Under the pieces are notes generated by a model. It was not told where the DNA came from and searched no databases. It saw only the letters and a list, made by a program, of their open reading frames with translations. The position numbers were made by a program, and so were the translations under genes. From Mucilaginibacter sp. (GTDB taxonomy: Bacteria; Bacteroidota; Bacteroidia; Sphingobacteriales; Sphingobacteriaceae), in assembly GCA_028288125.1 (NCBI GenBank), contig JAQBOH010000193.1, forward strand, positions 7,850 to 71,849: a stretch of 64,000 bases of DNA, given 5' to 3'. Positions 20,431 to 30,467 of this stretch are shown piece after piece (positions within the stretch are counted from its first letter, which is position 1; each line of letters starts with the position of its first letter).

Positions 20431-20514
20431 TGTATCTGGTGTATCATTTATTGAGAGAGATACACCTGATACAGTTGATACACTTGATACAGTAGATACA
20501 CCTGATACAGTTGA
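20431..20514. repeat. 9-mer tandem array (GATACAnnn x6) with inverted half-copies upstream
   Basis: GATACACCT GATACAGTT GATACACTT GATACAGTA GATACACCT GATACAGTT (20459-20512); TGTATCtggTGTATCA at 20431-20446. Confidence 0.9.
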
Positions 20515-20645
20515 AGACGCTATCATTTAACTAAACGACATTGAATTTGGATATAAAAGACCAAACAATGACAAACCGCCAACCCTTGTAATACGTAATT
20601 TAGTAAACGGGCCCTCCCGTTATCACAATAAAAAAATAAAAGAAA

Positions 20646-21134
20646 ATGAAAAAATCAATTTTAGCGCTAATAATGCTGGCTGTGATAACAGCATTTGGTT
20701 GTCAGCAAAGCTGCGGTCAGGTAAAAAAGTACGATCCTAAACGTAAAATGAGCAAAACTCCGGCTGAATGGAAAAAGTTACTTACACCCAATCAGTACTA
20801 CATCATGGTTGAAAGCGGTACTGAACCGCCCTTCCACAATGCGTATCATGATAACCACGAAAAGGGAGTTTATGTAAGCGCCGCGACAGGTGAGGTTTTA
20901 TTCAGTTCGGCAGACAAATTTGACAGCGGTACCGGCTGGCCGAGTTTTGTGAAAGCGGCAGACCCTAAGAAAATTGAAATCGTGCAGGACAACAGCGCCG
21001 GTATGACCCGTGACGAGGTGATTGAGCGAAGCACAGGCCTGCACCTGGGCCATGTTTTTGACGACGGACCAACCGACCGGGGAGGTAAAAGATATTGCAT
21101 GAATTCCGGTGCCTTAAAGTTTATCAAAAAGTAA
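20646..21134 (+). CDS. msrB: Peptide-methionine (R)-S-oxide reductase, exported
   Basis: GTEPPF, KFDSGTGWPSF, HLGHVFDDGP and RYCMNSGAL motifs; lipobox-like AFGC; no Zn-binding CxxC pairs. Confidence 0.95.
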   Translation: MKKSILALIMLAVITAFGCQQSCGQVKKYDPKRKMSKTPAEWKKLLTPNQYYIMVESGTEPPFHNAYHDNHEKGVYVSAATGEVLFSSADKFDSGTGWPSFVKAADPKKIEIVQDNSAGMTRDEVIERSTGLHLGHVFDDGPTDRGGKRYCMNSGALKFIKK

Positions 21135-21480
21135 CCGCTTTTCTAAACGAACTGATTGACGGACGAATCTGCGGCCTTACCCTTAACCCGCTTTCGTAAT
21201 TCAATCCAATGGTCAGATCTACCCAATCCGGGTTTACGGGTCTGATCATTTTTTCTTTTTGCGGGCGGGTATAGGTGCTAACCGTTTTAAACCGTTCCAT
21301 TGCCTGCTCTTCGGTATTTATCTCTTCAAAATAAACCAGCCGGTTAAGATGCTGCGCGCTGTCAAAAAATAAAGTGGGCATTTGCCGGTAAAAATCAAGC
21401 GTTTTTACAAGGTCCGAACATAATCCCACATGCAAATTGTTCCTGTTTCTATCAGTTATAATATAAATAAAACGTTTCAT
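21124..21480 (-). CDS. GIY-YIG family protein (degenerate active site)
   Basis: FIYII...LHVG, LVYFEE and R..K..I...NPDWVDL follow the YhbQ-like small GIY-YIG pattern. Confidence 0.75.
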   Translation of the reverse strand: MKRFIYIITDRNRNNLHVGLCSDLVKTLDFYRQMPTLFFDSAQHLNRLVYFEEINTEEQAMERFKTVSTYTRPQKEKMIRPVNPDWVDLTIGLNYESGLRVRPQIRPSISSFRKAVTF

Positions 21481-21513
21481 TGATAATAAAATTTGCTGGT
21501 TAAAAAATAATTA

Positions 21514-21549
21514 CTAATTTTATGAGCATAAAAATACTAATTATTTTAG
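21514..21549. promoter_or_regulatory. Two CTAA-N5-TTAG boxes, candidate operators of the adjacent S24 repressor
   Basis: CTAAttattTTAG at 21537-21549 (perfect) and CTAAttttaTGAG at 21514-21526, in the divergent intergenic region. Confidence 0.7.
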
Positions 21550-21563
21550 CAATTCCAAATTTT

Positions 21564-22340
21564 ATGTCAAATATTCCTTCAAATATTAAATTTCTTCGTA
21601 AAAAGAAAGGCCTTACACAGCAACAGTTTGCCGACCAAATAGGTATAAAACGGTCGCTTGTGGGTGCCTACGAAGAAGAAAGGGCCGATCCGAAATACGA
21701 TCTGCTAAAAAAGATAGCATTATTTTTTGATGTTTCCATCGATGATTTTATTAACGAAACTATCAACGAAAAATGGTCGCCTAAGCCAAAAGGCAATCCT
21801 GCAAATCTCCGCGTCCTGAGTATTTCTGTTGATAAGGATGATAACGAGAACATTGAACTGGTTCCATTAAAGGCGAGCGCGGGTTATTTAAATGGTTACG
21901 CCGATCCGGAATATGTAGCCCAACTCCCCAAGTTTTATTTGCCTATGTTTAAACAGGGGACTTATCGGGCATTTGAAATAAAGGGAGACTCCATGCTTCC
22001 GCTGGTATCAGGTACTATTATTATAGGAGAATATGTGGAAAACTGGTCAGAGGTAAAGCCGGCTGAAACCTATGTAATTATTTCGAAAACCGATGGGGTG
22101 GTTTATAAGCGCGTTGGAAATAAGTTTAAAGAGAATAAAAAATTAAAGCTGGTATCGGATAACCCGGTATATGAACCGTATGAAATTAGCGGTGAAGATG
22201 TGTTGGAACTCTGGAAGGCGAAGGCTTACATATCAACGCATTTGCCGTTACCCGCCGCAGAACCGACGCTTGAGGGCTTAACCAGCATGATGGCACAAAT
22301 GCAGCGTTCAATTTCTAACTTGCAGCAAAACAACAATTGA
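21564..22340 (+). CDS. XRE-HTH plus peptidase S24 repressor (LexA/CI-like)
   Basis: LRKKKGLTQQQFADQIG HTH; ASAGY cleavage site; GDSM Ser and VYKR Lys catalytic dyad; ATG at 21564 preferred. Confidence 0.92.
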   Translation: MSNIPSNIKFLRKKKGLTQQQFADQIGIKRSLVGAYEEERADPKYDLLKKIALFFDVSIDDFINETINEKWSPKPKGNPANLRVLSISVDKDDNENIELVPLKASAGYLNGYADPEYVAQLPKFYLPMFKQGTYRAFEIKGDSMLPLVSGTIIIGEYVENWSEVKPAETYVIISKTDGVVYKRVGNKFKENKKLKLVSDNPVYEPYEISGEDVLELWKAKAYISTHLPLPAAEPTLEGLTSMMAQMQRSISNLQQNNN

Positions 22341-22452
22341 ATTATATTAGTGTTAAATTGATAGCGGCTTAATCAAAGCAACAATTAAGTTACACGTTTG
22401 TTATTAAACCATTAGACGTTATCTTTATCCTAACACTAAAAAAACTGAAAAA

Positions 22453-22827
22453 ATGATGAAGAAAATTTTGTTGATGTGCTGTTTCCTGGTTGGAATTACA
22501 GCCGTTAGCCGTGCACAAGGTGGCGGCCAAAGATTGAGCCCGGCTGACCAGGCTAAACAAATGCAAACACAGTTAAAGCTTACTGACGATCAGACAGCTA
22601 AAATCACTGCCATTTTACAAACGCAGGCTACAAAAATGGATAGTGTAAGAACAGCCGCAAATGGCGACAGGGATGCCATGAGGGCCGGTATGACACCTTT
22701 CAGAACTGCTGCAAGCGCCCAAATTAAAGCTATCTTGACTCCTGATCAGGCTGCTGCCTATCAAAAAATGCAGGATGAAAGGCGCGCCAGGATGCAAAAC
22801 GGTGGCGGCGGTGGCGGTGGCAACTAA
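22453..22827 (+). CDS. Periplasmic helical protein with LTxxQ motifs (Spy/CpxP-like)
   Basis: Signal peptide ending SRA|Q; LKLTDDQ and ILTPDQ motifs. Confidence 0.75.
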   Translation: MMKKILLMCCFLVGITAVSRAQGGGQRLSPADQAKQMQTQLKLTDDQTAKITAILQTQATKMDSVRTAANGDRDAMRAGMTPFRTAASAQIKAILTPDQAAAYQKMQDERRARMQNGGGGGGGN

Positions 22828-22851
22828 CACCCTTCGCTAATTAATTTTAAC

Positions 22852-22883
22852 AGAAAGCGCTCCTTTAAACCGGGGCGCTTTCT
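22852..22883 (+). terminator. Intrinsic terminator
   Basis: AGAAAGCGCTCC-tttaaacc-GGGGCGCTTTCT followed by a T-rich tract. Confidence 0.7.
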
Positions 22884-22907
22884 TTATTTTAGCAGAAATT
22901 ATCCGCA

Positions 22908-24038
22908 TTGAAACTATCACAGGCATTTATTGAAAAGAAACTCGATGAAAGGCGCTCAGCAGGCACTTACAGGGCATTGAAACCTAAAAGTATGCTTATT
23001 GATTTCTGTTCAAATGATTACCTGGGTTTTGCACGGTCGCCCGAATTAAAAAGCAGCATTGATAAAGAGGTAAGCAATTGCGGGTTAGTAGCCAATGGCT
23101 CGACGGGGTCAAGATTATTATCAGGCAATACCGTTTATATCGAAGAATTGGAACAACAGATTGCGTCTTTGCATAAAAGTGAAGCGGGTCTTATTTTTAA
23201 CTCAGGTTACGATGCCAACCTGGGATTATTTTCATCGCTGCCTCAGCGGGGCGATACTATATTGCTTGATGAACTCGTACACGCCTCTATAATTGACGGT
23301 GCCCGCTTAAGTCATGCAAGCAGGTATTCCTTCAGGCATAATGACCTGGATAGCCTGGAAGACAAATTAAAGCGCGCTAAAGGGATATGCTATGTTGCTA
23401 TTGAAAGCGTTTACTCCATGGATGGCGATACCCCGCCGATAAAAGAAATACTTGAACTCACGGAAAAATATAATGCCAGCCTGATAGTAGATGAGGCGCA
23501 TGCTGTAGGCTTATTTGATTTTGGCCTCGTTAACCAGTTACACTTACAGGACAGGGTGTTTGCCCGGGTTGTTACGTTTGGAAAAGCATTGGGGTATCAT
23601 GGGGCGGCGGTGTTAGGCAGCGCTTTATTGAAGGATTATTTGGTAAATTATGCCCGGTCGTTTATTTATACAACTGCAGCTCCGCTTCACCAGGTTGCGT
23701 CTGTAAAAATGGCGTATCAACGCTTACAGGAATCAGCAAGCGAGGTTGAAAGGTTAAAAAGTAATATCGGCCTTTTCAAAAAAAAAATAAAACCAGACAG
23801 CAATTGCCCTCTATTAAAGAGCGACAGTGCCATACAGTGCATTGTGTTGAAAAGTAATGAAAAGGCTAAAGCACTCGCTGCCTGTTTACAGGATGCGGGC
23901 CTTGATGTTCGCCCAATTCTTAGCCCAACTGTACCTTTTGGAAGCGAGCGTATAAGGATATGCCTGCATTCTTTTAATACAGAGGGCGAGATCATGTTAC
24001 TGACAGACAATATAAACAAGTTTACAGATGCCGGATAA
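22908..24038 (+). CDS. bioF: 8-amino-7-oxononanoate synthase
   Basis: FCSNDYLG, GSTGSRLLSG, ESVYSMDGD, VDEAHA and TFGKALG motifs; overlaps bioD. Confidence 0.92.
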   Translation: MKLSQAFIEKKLDERRSAGTYRALKPKSMLIDFCSNDYLGFARSPELKSSIDKEVSNCGLVANGSTGSRLLSGNTVYIEELEQQIASLHKSEAGLIFNSGYDANLGLFSSLPQRGDTILLDELVHASIIDGARLSHASRYSFRHNDLDSLEDKLKRAKGICYVAIESVYSMDGDTPPIKEILELTEKYNASLIVDEAHAVGLFDFGLVNQLHLQDRVFARVVTFGKALGYHGAAVLGSALLKDYLVNYARSFIYTTAAPLHQVASVKMAYQRLQESASEVERLKSNIGLFKKKIKPDSNCPLLKSDSAIQCIVLKSNEKAKALAACLQDAGLDVRPILSPTVPFGSERIRICLHSFNTEGEIMLLTDNINKFTDAG

Positions 24039-24633
24039 GCGCCCTCTATTTGTTACCGGGATTGGAACCGGAATAGGCAAAACTTTAATTTCAGCTATCT
24101 TAGTTGAAAAATTAAAGGCCGATTATTGGAAGCCTGTACAATCCGGCGACCTGGAAAACAGTGATACATTAAAAGTTAAAAGCCTTGTATCTAATACAAT
24201 TTCAGTTTTCCATCCGGAGACTTACAGACTAACACAGCCTTATTCACCGCATAAATCGGCTGCGATTGATGGAATAACCATTGATTTGCAAAAAATAATT
24301 GCACCTGAAACGAATAATATACTAATCATTGAAGGAGCCGGCGGATTAATGGTGCCGCTAAACGACAAAGTTTTAATGATTGACCTGATTAAACAGTTAG
24401 ATGCTGAAGTTATACTTGTTTCGCAAACTTATCTTGGGAGCATCAATCATACGCTGCTATCTGTCGAAGCATTAAAACATAGGCAAATACCTATTAAGGG
24501 GGTAATTTTCAATGGAGATATAGAGCATCACATTTTAAACTACACTGGGATGACCCTGCTTGGGAGCATACCCCACATAAATCCTATAAATAAACGGATC
24601 ATTATTAATTCCGGCAAAAACATATTTATATAA
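24028..24633 (+). CDS. bioD: Dethiobiotin synthase
   Basis: TGIGTGIGKT, WKPVQSG, IEGAGGLMVP and YLGSINHT motifs. Confidence 0.95.
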   Translation: MPDKRPLFVTGIGTGIGKTLISAILVEKLKADYWKPVQSGDLENSDTLKVKSLVSNTISVFHPETYRLTQPYSPHKSAAIDGITIDLQKIIAPETNNILIIEGAGGLMVPLNDKVLMIDLIKQLDAEVILVSQTYLGSINHTLLSVEALKHRQIPIKGVIFNGDIEHHILNYTGMTLLGSIPHINPINKRIIINSGKNIFI

Positions 24634-24693
24634 TCAAGCCCTCACAAGGAGGGCCTGATTATTATATTAAAATGAATTATAGCTTATTTAAGG

Positions 24694-26190
24694 CTATTGC
24701 CAGCCCGGGTTTTGAACCAGGTTCGGATTAATACTGGTATCTCCGAAAGGTATACCCCAGGTAAAGAAATTCGCATCAGCCGCAATCGTCAACCCAACGT
24801 AGCTGGAACCCTGCAATAACATATTAGTATTTTGTGGCACGCCTCTGGTGAAGCCCAAATGCCAGCGTTTTAGGTCATCTAAACGGAAACCTTCGAAGGC
24901 AAGCTCGCGTCTTCTTTCGTCCCTAATATCCTGAACTAAAGCTGCCCCGGTTGAAACAGAAGGAACTTCGCCGCGCGCAACGCGCAATGCGTTCAATGCA
25001 GTCAGAGCATTCGGCTCGCTTGAAGCGCTCGCAGAAGCTTCGGCCGCTATTAAATACATTTCGGCAATCCGAAATATTTTTGGAGCCTGCAAGGCATTCG
25101 TTAAGGCCGTTGTAAATAAAGCCGGGTTGCCCTGGTATTTAGCAACTATAAAGATACCGGGGTAGGGCGTACCTTGTATTACAACCGGGTATGCGCTAGA
25201 AAAATATGCCGCTTTTCGAATGTCGGTCGCGCCGAACATATCAATTATCGTTTGCGTAGGAACGTATAAAGGATCGTAATTGGTTGCCGTTTTAGGCTGG
25301 ATGTAGTTGATCATACTGGTAGGCGCTTCGGATGTATTATTCACAAATAATTGTGTAATAGACTCCTGTCCGCCATCGTTTTTCCAATAGGATATCATTC
25401 CTGCCTGTGTAGTAATGAGCGGATACTTGCCGCCGGTTATTAATGTGTTGGCAGCTGCATAAGCTCCGGCATAATCGTGCATATCTAATTTAACTCTTGC
25501 TTCTAAAGCCCGGGCTGCATCGATAGTAAAGTATGGCGAACCTTGTACTCCCGGAACGTTTGCCAGCAAGGTTTCGGCTTGGGTAATATCGGAAAGAATT
25601 TGCGTATAAACCGCTTGCACTGACGCTCTGGCCGGTAATTCAGTCAAATTAAACTTAAGTACCAGCGGCACACCAGGATCCGTGGCCGCAGTAGCCGTCT
25701 CATAAGGCTTGGCCCATCTTAACACTAATTTGTGATAATACCAAGCTCTCATCAGATGCGCATCACCAGTGTACTGGTTCATGGATGTTACATCACTTGC
25801 GGCAGGCGTTGCGATGGATGGGAACCCTGCGATTGCTGTATTAATGTTTGCTATGTTAGAGTAGTAAGCATTCCACATAGCGCTAAGGTTTTGGTCGGTA
25901 GACAGGAAGGTATTATCCCATCTCTGCGGCGAACCATAGTTGTTACCGTAATCGAGCGTTGCATTTAACTCATCTGTTGCAACATCACTTTCTAATAAAT
26001 ATTGCCCGAATTGTCTGTTTCTTAGTAAAGCATACATCCCGCCATCCCAGGCTTTGGCATCCTTTACAGTACTAAACGACTGATTAACGGGAATCTCAAA
26101 AACGGGTACGAGATTGAGCTTTTGACATGAGGTTATAATAGTCACCAGGACTGTTAAAACCATCGATATATATATATTATTTTTTTTCAT
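24694..26190 (-). CDS. SusD/RagB family outer-membrane lipoprotein
   Basis: Lipobox ITSC; RIAEMYLIAAEA, ERRRELAFEGFR and QNPGW motifs. Confidence 0.93.
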   Translation of the reverse strand: MKKNNIYISMVLTVLVTIITSCQKLNLVPVFEIPVNQSFSTVKDAKAWDGGMYALLRNRQFGQYLLESDVATDELNATLDYGNNYGSPQRWDNTFLSTDQNLSAMWNAYYSNIANINTAIAGFPSIATPAASDVTSMNQYTGDAHLMRAWYYHKLVLRWAKPYETATAATDPGVPLVLKFNLTELPARASVQAVYTQILSDITQAETLLANVPGVQGSPYFTIDAARALEARVKLDMHDYAGAYAAANTLITGGKYPLITTQAGMISYWKNDGGQESITQLFVNNTSEAPTSMINYIQPKTATNYDPLYVPTQTIIDMFGATDIRKAAYFSSAYPVVIQGTPYPGIFIVAKYQGNPALFTTALTNALQAPKIFRIAEMYLIAAEASASASSEPNALTALNALRVARGEVPSVSTGAALVQDIRDERRRELAFEGFRLDDLKRWHLGFTRGVPQNTNMLLQGSSYVGLTIAADANFFTWGIPFGDTSINPNLVQNPGWQ

Positions 26191-26216
26191 CTCTTCTATT
26201 TTTAACAGTTAATTAC

Positions 26217-29195
26217 TTAGAAAGTTGCCTTCAAACCCACTTCAATTTGCTTGGTGTTAGGGTCATTTCCTAATGCGATGTTTGAATCAACCTCCGGATC
26301 AATACCTTTATATTTTGTAAATGTTAAAAGGTTACGGCCGGTTAAATCAACTTCGAACCGCTTAATGAACTTGGTTTTTTCAAGCAACGATTTTGGAATC
26401 ACATAGCCTAAAACAATGGTTTTTAACCTGATAAATGACGCATCCTGGATCAACCTCGAGTCAAACTGGCTAAATTGTTGGCCGTATTTAGGAAACGTGG
26501 TTACATCGCCCGGGTTTTTCCAGTAATTTAAAACAGCTGTTTGCTGATTATAGCCGGTAAATACGCTTGGGTTTTGAGTAAAGTACTGGTCATTGTTGGT
26601 TATGTACTTGCCTTTAACATACGCAAAGTTTGCATCTAAGCTAAAACCTTCGTAACCGGCACTCAAGCCGAAACCGCCATTTAACCATGCATAACGATCA
26701 ATGTTAAGGTTCTGTTGTAAGGATGCAGTAAAAGCAGTAGTAGTACCGTTGCTGGTTGTTTTGTTCACTATATTCCCGTTCGGATCTGGATTGTACCATT
26801 GCGGCAGGCCGTTTGCAGGATTAACACCAGCCCACAGCGGTTCGATATAGCTTACCGGCTTGCCAACTGCCCACAATAAACCTGTGTTAGGTGTAATATA
26901 ATATTTCAGTCCGTTAAACAATGAAAGAACTTTATTGGAATTAAGGTTGGCTACAAGGCGCGGGGTAATATAGGCGCGATGCTTAGAGTCGCTATATACT
27001 GTATAGTTGAAATCAATATCCATGCCTTTATTCTCAAGCGATCCAACATTTTGAAGCTGACTTGTAAAACCCGAAGTTGCCACAAAAGGAACCTGCAGGA
27101 GCATGTTAGTGGTCGTTTTCCGGTAGAATGACACATCTAAATTAATCCTGTTAAAAAATGTAGCGGTAAAACCTATCTGAGTATTTCTCACCGTTTCCCA
27201 TGTCAGGTTCGGATCACCCGGTTGATTCAGGGCAAACCCGGTGGCACCATTATATGTTGCGGTACTTACAGCCGCTATCTGCTGATAAGCTGTAGCATTT
27301 AGAACTGAAGAAAATTGCGAATTACCTGTGGTTCCTGTACTGGCCCTGAAAGTTAGGTCGGTTAACCATGAAACATCTTTTAGGAAATTTTCGTCTTTAG
27401 CCTTCCATGATGCACCAATTGAATAAAAAGTACCGGTTTGGTGATTCGCACCAAATTTAGATGACTTATCCTGGCGTACAGATGCTTCTAAAAAATAACG
27501 GTTATTATAATCATAATCAAAACGTGAAAATAATGACTGGAAATCAGTTGCATAATAGGATGAGTTTGCATTTTTCGCTGTTGTGCCCGTTGTTAGGGTT
27601 AACAAACGGTTGTCACTCTGACCTGTATCTTGTCCACTAAATGTCGATAATGTGTTGTCTGTATATTCCTGGCCTATCAAAGCAGTAAAGTGATGCCGTG
27701 AAGCAAGCGCGAATTTATATTCAGCTGTATTGGTAAAAGTCAGCGATGTTCCCCGTTGAAATGTTTCAATGTCCGATCCGTTATTCAATGAACCAAGATA
27801 TGACGGTAATACTAAGGCGCTTTCTCTAAAATCAAAATCATCCATACCCGCCTGGCTTTTTATTGTTAAGCCTTTAATTGGCGTAAGCTCAATGAAACCT
27901 GCGGGGTTAAATTGGGAATTATTTTGATTATCCGGATGCTGGGTTTCATAATAATAAGGGTCATAACTCCCCAATCCCTGTATAAACTGATATCTAACAC
28001 CGGCAGAATTATACAAAGAGTAAATCGGCGGGTTTAATATAGACAAACCACCACTAAGGCTATTGGTGTTGAACTGATTAGTTTGCCGATTATCATAACC
28101 AACAGACAAGTTTAAACCGAACTTCAGCCAGTCGTTGACTTTCGAAGTTACATTTGAACGCAGGGTATAGCGGTCATATGCAGAACGATATTCTAAACCG
28201 TCTTGCTTAAAATATCCTCCGGATACAAAATAAGTTGTTTTATCGGTACCACCGGTTATGGAAAAATTCTCGTTATAAAGAGCTGCAGAGGGCTTGAAAT
28301 ATACCTGATACCATTTTGTATCGGCATGGTAAGTTTGCAATGTGGTAGCGAGGCTAGCAGGAGTTTGTGCTCCTGTGGCTACTTCAAATGCCCCCCACTG
28401 AGCTGAATTCATAAATGAATTGTAATACTGCGGGTTGGCGAGCCTTTCGGTACCATAGCTGCTGGTTAATGTAATGGTTTGCGGCGTATTAAGTCTGCCA
28501 TGTTTGGTGGTGATATATAAAACACCATTAGCTGCCCGTGAACCATAAATAGAAGTTGAAGCTGCGTCCTTTAAAACAGTAATAGACTCAAAATCATCAG
28601 GATTTAGAGACAATACGGTGCCCAGTGCCACCGGCACACCATCCAAAACAACCAGGGGGGTTACACTTGATGTTAAAGAACCAATACCATTTATAGATAG
28701 TGAAGGAGTAGCTGAGGGTTCGCCGGTAGATGTAAGGATCGACAAACCCGCAACCCTGCCTTGTATACCATCCAGGGCGTTGGCAGTAGGCTTGTCCTGG
28801 ATATCCCGGGAAGAAACCCGCGAAATGTCGCCAACAGTATTTGCAAGAGTAGTACCTGTTCCATACCCAAGCACCACAACCTCGTTAAGCGACTTGGAAT
28901 CGGCAGTTAATTTGATGTTAAAAACCGAGCCCGATCGGATAGAAACAGTTTGAGCTGCGAAACCAACGAAGCTAAAGTCTAATGATTTGGCATTAGCAGG
29001 AACGTCGAGGGTAAAGTGTCCCTGCGTATCAGTTTGTGTTCCAACATTGGTTCCTGTAACTTTCACAGAAACCGCCGGAAGCGGCAGTCCGTCATCCGCA
29101 CTCGTTACCGTTCCAGTAATCCTTCTATTTTGAGCATATACACTACCAAGTGTAATAATGCTTAAAAGAAGAAATGTAAGTAAATTTTTCTTCAT
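26217..29195 (-). CDS. SusC/RagA family TonB-dependent transporter
   Basis: LNEVVVLGYG, LKDAASTSIYGSRAANGVLYITTK, LTWET and GIDPE motifs; C-terminal Phe; ATG at 29195. Confidence 0.95.
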   Translation of the reverse strand: MKKNLLTFLLLSIITLGSVYAQNRRITGTVTSADDGLPLPAVSVKVTGTNVGTQTDTQGHFTLDVPANAKSLDFSFVGFAAQTVSIRSGSVFNIKLTADSKSLNEVVVLGYGTGTTLANTVGDISRVSSRDIQDKPTANALDGIQGRVAGLSILTSTGEPSATPSLSINGIGSLTSSVTPLVVLDGVPVALGTVLSLNPDDFESITVLKDAASTSIYGSRAANGVLYITTKHGRLNTPQTITLTSSYGTERLANPQYYNSFMNSAQWGAFEVATGAQTPASLATTLQTYHADTKWYQVYFKPSAALYNENFSITGGTDKTTYFVSGGYFKQDGLEYRSAYDRYTLRSNVTSKVNDWLKFGLNLSVGYDNRQTNQFNTNSLSGGLSILNPPIYSLYNSAGVRYQFIQGLGSYDPYYYETQHPDNQNNSQFNPAGFIELTPIKGLTIKSQAGMDDFDFRESALVLPSYLGSLNNGSDIETFQRGTSLTFTNTAEYKFALASRHHFTALIGQEYTDNTLSTFSGQDTGQSDNRLLTLTTGTTAKNANSSYYATDFQSLFSRFDYDYNNRYFLEASVRQDKSSKFGANHQTGTFYSIGASWKAKDENFLKDVSWLTDLTFRASTGTTGNSQFSSVLNATAYQQIAAVSTATYNGATGFALNQPGDPNLTWETVRNTQIGFTATFFNRINLDVSFYRKTTTNMLLQVPFVATSGFTSQLQNVGSLENKGMDIDFNYTVYSDSKHRAYITPRLVANLNSNKVLSLFNGLKYYITPNTGLLWAVGKPVSYIEPLWAGVNPANGLPQWYNPDPNGNIVNKTTSNGTTTAFTASLQQNLNIDRYAWLNGGFGLSAGYEGFSLDANFAYVKGKYITNNDQYFTQNPSVFTGYNQQTAVLNYWKNPGDVTTFPKYGQQFSQFDSRLIQDASFIRLKTIVLGYVIPKSLLEKTKFIKRFEVDLTGRNLLTFTKYKGIDPEVDSNIALGNDPNTKQIEVGLKATF

Positions 29196-29489
29196 GTGTT
29201 TAATTTTGTTAATAGTTAATAATAAAGCATCGTAATTTATCAATTTGGTAACACACTAGTTACGTTTGTTAATATATTGGCAAAATGATGACTTTTTTAT
29301 GACTGAGTTTATTATAGGCTATTACTAAAAATTATAGACTATTTGCTTCAGTTGATTTATGTTGTAATTAAAAAGCATGTTATAATATAAATTCCCTTGC
29401 TACATGATTCTGAATTAGAGGAGAATGCATTATTATTATTAAAAAATTACGGAATAATCACAACCTTCGTAATTCAATTCAAATATTTT

Positions 29490-30401
29490 ATGACCAATAT
29501 CACAGTAATCGGATCCGGCACTATGGGTAACGGTATTGCACATACTTTTGCGCAATACGGTTTTGAAGTTGCCCTGGTGGATCTCAGCCAGGAATCATTA
29601 TCACGGGCGATACAAACCATAACCGGCAACCTTGACAGACAGGTAAAAAAGGGTGCCATTGATGAGCAGCTTAAGAAGAGCACATTAAGCAAAATAAAAA
29701 CATATACTGATTTAAAAACGGCTGCCGCAAACGCCGACCTGGTGGTTGAAGCGGCGACAGAAAACCCCGAGATTAAGTTAGACCTTTTTAAACAGCTAAG
29801 CGACATTTGCAAGGAGGGCTCAATACTGGCCTCAAATACCTCGTCTATTTCTATCACACAAATCGCTTCGGTAACCAAAAATCCGGGCAATGTTATAGGT
29901 ATGCACTTTATGAATCCCGTACCTGTTATGAAACTGGTTGAGGTGATAAGAGGCTATGCCACTACTGATGAGGTTACAAATACCATTATGAACCTGGCGA
30001 AGCAATTGGATAAGGTGCCGGTTGAGGTTAATGATTACCCTGGTTTTGTTGCCAACCGCATTTTAATGCCGATGATAAACGAAGCTGTTTATGCCTTATA
30101 TGAGGGTGTAGCCGGAGTTGAAGAAATAGACACTGTGATGAAATCGGGAATGGCGCACCCTATGGGTCCGCTTCAATTAGCCGATTTTATTGGCTTGGAT
30201 GTATGTTTGGCTATATTAAATGTATTATATAAGGGGTTTGGCAATCAAAAATATGCACCCTGCCCTTTGCTGGTCAATATGGTAACGGCGGGGCATAGCG
30301 GCGTTAAATCAGGAAAAGGATTTTATATTTATTCGGGTAGTGGTAATAAGGAACTCGTTGTGTCGTCCAAATTTAACCGCAACAAATCCGCTACGATTTG
30401 A
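29490..30401 (+). CDS. hbd: 3-hydroxybutyryl-CoA dehydrogenase
   Basis: GSGTMG Rossmann motif, ASNTSS, GMHFMNPVP, PGFVANR and HPMGPL. Confidence 0.92.
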   Translation: MTNITVIGSGTMGNGIAHTFAQYGFEVALVDLSQESLSRAIQTITGNLDRQVKKGAIDEQLKKSTLSKIKTYTDLKTAAANADLVVEAATENPEIKLDLFKQLSDICKEGSILASNTSSISITQIASVTKNPGNVIGMHFMNPVPVMKLVEVIRGYATTDEVTNTIMNLAKQLDKVPVEVNDYPGFVANRILMPMINEAVYALYEGVAGVEEIDTVMKSGMAHPMGPLQLADFIGLDVCLAILNVLYKGFGNQKYAPCPLLVNMVTAGHSGVKSGKGFYIYSGSGNKELVVSSKFNRNKSATI

Positions 30402-30467
30402 TTAAAAATAGAAACTTTTTTATTTGTCATTTGTCAGTATATGTAATTATAAATAAAACGTATACAG

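Noticed and set aside
20459-20512. Possible CRISPR array (also considered for the heptamer arrays)
   Set aside because: Units are 7-10 nt and directly adjacent, with no 25-45 nt unique spacers and no cas genes
21124-22340. Prophage immunity region (CI-like repressor with a divergent small gene)
   Set aside because: No integrase, replication or structural phage genes; the flanks are msrB and housekeeping genes
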